From an uncultured Gammaproteobacteria bacterium (GTDB taxonomy: Bacteria; Patescibacteriota; Microgenomatia; UBA1406; HO2-37-13b), in the NCBI GenBank assembly GCA_964477065.1, contig CAYZCU010000001.1:26042-77487 (forward strand): a stretch of DNA of 51,446 nt, in the 5' to 3' direction. Position numbers and translations under genes: made by a program. A model generated the notes under the pieces. The model was not told the origin of the DNA and did not search any database. It saw nothing but the letters and a program-made list of their open reading frames with translations. This document shows, one piece after another, positions 50,050 to 51,446 of this stretch (positions are counted from its first letter, which is position 1; each line of letters opens with the position of its first letter).

Positions 50050-50900
50050 TTCTTCCTCCCCTCAAACCAAACGAGTAACGGTGTTGCAACAAACGGAGAT
50101 GAATATGTCCCTGTAACTGTTCCAATGAGTAGTGCGCCTGCAAAAAATTGTATCGCAGCTCCGCCCATAAACGTCAGAGGAATCAGCATCAAAATAATCG
50201 TAAATGAATTATTCAGAGATCGGACCATCGTTTCAGTGAGCGCGCGATTGGCCAACATCTCGATCGGAAGCCCTGATGTGCGACGATACTCGCGAATTTT
50301 ATCAAACACAACAATCGTATCGTGCACAGAGAACGACATTGTAGTCAAAAGTGCCGTGACAAAAAGGGCATCAACTTCTGCCCCGAGATGTCCCAACAAT
50401 GCATAGCCACCTATCAATACGAGAAAATCGTGAAGCATTGCCAAAACAGCAGACATGCCATAGCTGAACTTCTTAAAGGTATATGAGACATACAGCAAGA
50501 TTCCCAAAATAGCGACAATCGAAGCGATAATCGTCTTGCGGATGGTTTCGGCCCCAAGAGATGGGCCAACGGTATCGAAGGTGAGCACATCAACTTTCCC
50601 AGCTCGAGCGAGGAGGGCTTTGCGTATAGTGCCTTCCTGTGTTTCAGTCATAGGAGTTGCTCGCGCTTCAATTTCTCGCGCCGTGACAGTAAGCTCAACG
50701 AGTTTGATCTTTTCCTTTTTGAACATATCACGCACTTCACTGTCAGAGACAGGCTTTGCAACACGATAGCCAACGACAGACCCACCAGTGAAATCAATGC
50801 TATATGTCAATCCCGTTGTCACAAGTGTGTAGATCCCCACCCCAATCACAAAACTGGAAATCAAGACATACAACTTTGTGTATTTCAAAAAATTAATCAT
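50046..50900 (-). CDS. secF: protein translocase subunit SecF
   Basis: FLKYTKLYVLISS...GIDFTGGS, six TM segments, typical SecF length. ATGA overlap with secD. Confidence 0.9.
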   Translation of the reverse strand: MINFLKYTKLYVLISSFVIGVGIYTLVTTGLTYSIDFTGGSVVGYRVAKPVSDSEVRDMFKKEKIKLVELTVTAREIEARATPMTETQEGTIRKALLARAGKVDVLTFDTVGPSLGAETIRKTIIASIVAILGILLYVSYTFKKFSYGMSAVLAMLHDFLVLIGGYALLGHLGAEVDALFVTALLTTMSFSVHDTIVVFDKIREYRRTSGLPIEMLANRALTETMVRSLNNSFTIILMLIPLTFMGGAAIQFFAGALLIGTVTGTYSSPFVATPLLVWFEGRKK

Positions 50901-51446
50901 ATCTTTCGTGGTGAATTCTGTAATGCGTGGATTTTACGAGCATAAAATGTATTCATCAAACGACGAGTAATCACAATTCCCGTAAACAAACTTGTCACGA
51001 CACCAATAATAAGCGTTACAGCAAACCCTCTGATCAAGCCAAACTGTGGAAAGAAATCCCAGTTGAGCGGATTGAAAAGAATCAAACCAACCATAATCGT
51101 TGCAATGTTAGCATCTTTGATAGCATCCATCGCTTTGCCAAATCCAGAGTTGAGAGCGACATCAAATCGCTTCCCCTTGCGCTCTTCCTCCTTGATTCGT
51201 TCAAAAATAAGAATGTTTGAATCCACAGCCATGCCGACGGATAATATAAATCCAGCGACACCGGGGAGCGTCAAAACGATAGGAATTGCTCGAAATACTG
51301 CCAACGAAATCAGTGCATACAGAGCCAATCCAATGCCAGCGATGACGCCCATCCAACGATAATAGACGCCCATGAAAACAATGACGGACGTAAGTCCCAC
51401 GATCCCCGCCACGATACTTTTCTCGATAGACTCTTGACCAAGAGAT
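50897..51446 (-). CDS. secD: protein translocase subunit SecD, C-terminal part (gene runs off the window end)
   Basis: The reading frame stays open to the window edge (..SLGQESIEKSIVAGIVGLTSVIVFMGVYYRWMG..). AVDSNILIFERIKEE is typical of SecD. Confidence 0.85.
   Translation of the reverse strand, partial: SLGQESIEKSIVAGIVGLTSVIVFMGVYYRWMGVIAGIGLALYALISLAVFRAIPIVLTLPGVAGFILSVGMAVDSNILIFERIKEEERKGKRFDVALNSGFGKAMDAIKDANIATIMVGLILFNPLNWDFFPQFGLIRGFAVTLIIGVVTSLFTGIVITRRLMNTFYARKIHALQNSPRKI

Noticed and set aside
1-51446. Alternative genetic code (UGA recoding, as in some candidate phyla)
   Set aside because: Conserved genes (tkt, gltX, recJ, era, secF) are uninterrupted under the standard code. 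TGA functions as the stop in the ATGA junctions GH15/GT, SPFH/UDG and secF/paralog C.

Overview
51.4-kb chromosomal window from a compact, gene-dense bacterium that uses the standard genetic code: TGA acts as a stop in several ATGA stop/start overlaps. Housekeeping genes are a proS fragment, tkt, era, gltX, aspS, recJ, cca, a cyclophilin, secDF and two tRNA-Gln genes. They are interleaved with accessory blocks. (a) A tightly packed ~7.8-kb glycogen/starch operon: transketolase, ROK kinase, GH15, a glycogen-synthase-like GT, GH57 and LOG. (b) An ApbE / FMN-binding / NqrB-RnfD-like / BASS membrane cluster. (c) A sortase with three Pro/Thr-repeat, Cys-rich surface proteins. (d) Stress and detox genes: msrB, tspO, VOC/PhnB-like, Nudix, DHFR-like, cupin, SGNH, UDG-like and SPFH. 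I saw no rRNA, CRISPR array, transposase, integrase or phage genes. Sortase substrates, a histone-H1-like protein, an RRM protein and an archaeal-type AspRS are reminiscent of small-genome Gram-positive-type lineages such as CPR/Patescibacteria; this is inference only. The main non-obvious signals are: (1) a T-box(Pro) leader with an apparently ultrashort Stem I in front of proS; (2) seven copies of a nested-palindrome element (CCCGATGT-ACA-ACATCGGG-TGTGCAACA-CCCGATGT), mostly just upstream of promoters in divergent intergenic regions, with two degenerate copies inside coding sequence; (3) a pervasive leaderless gene architecture, with a -10 box (often TGnTAnAnT) 5-10 nt upstream of the ATG at more than 20 genes, contrasted with a few strong-SD genes; (4) three tandem paralogous genes of unknown function, translationally coupled to secF and followed by a Cas4-like nuclease; (5) two tRNA genes, one hidden under an over-extended ORF call. 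All calls come from reading the sequence and translations by eye; no searches were run.
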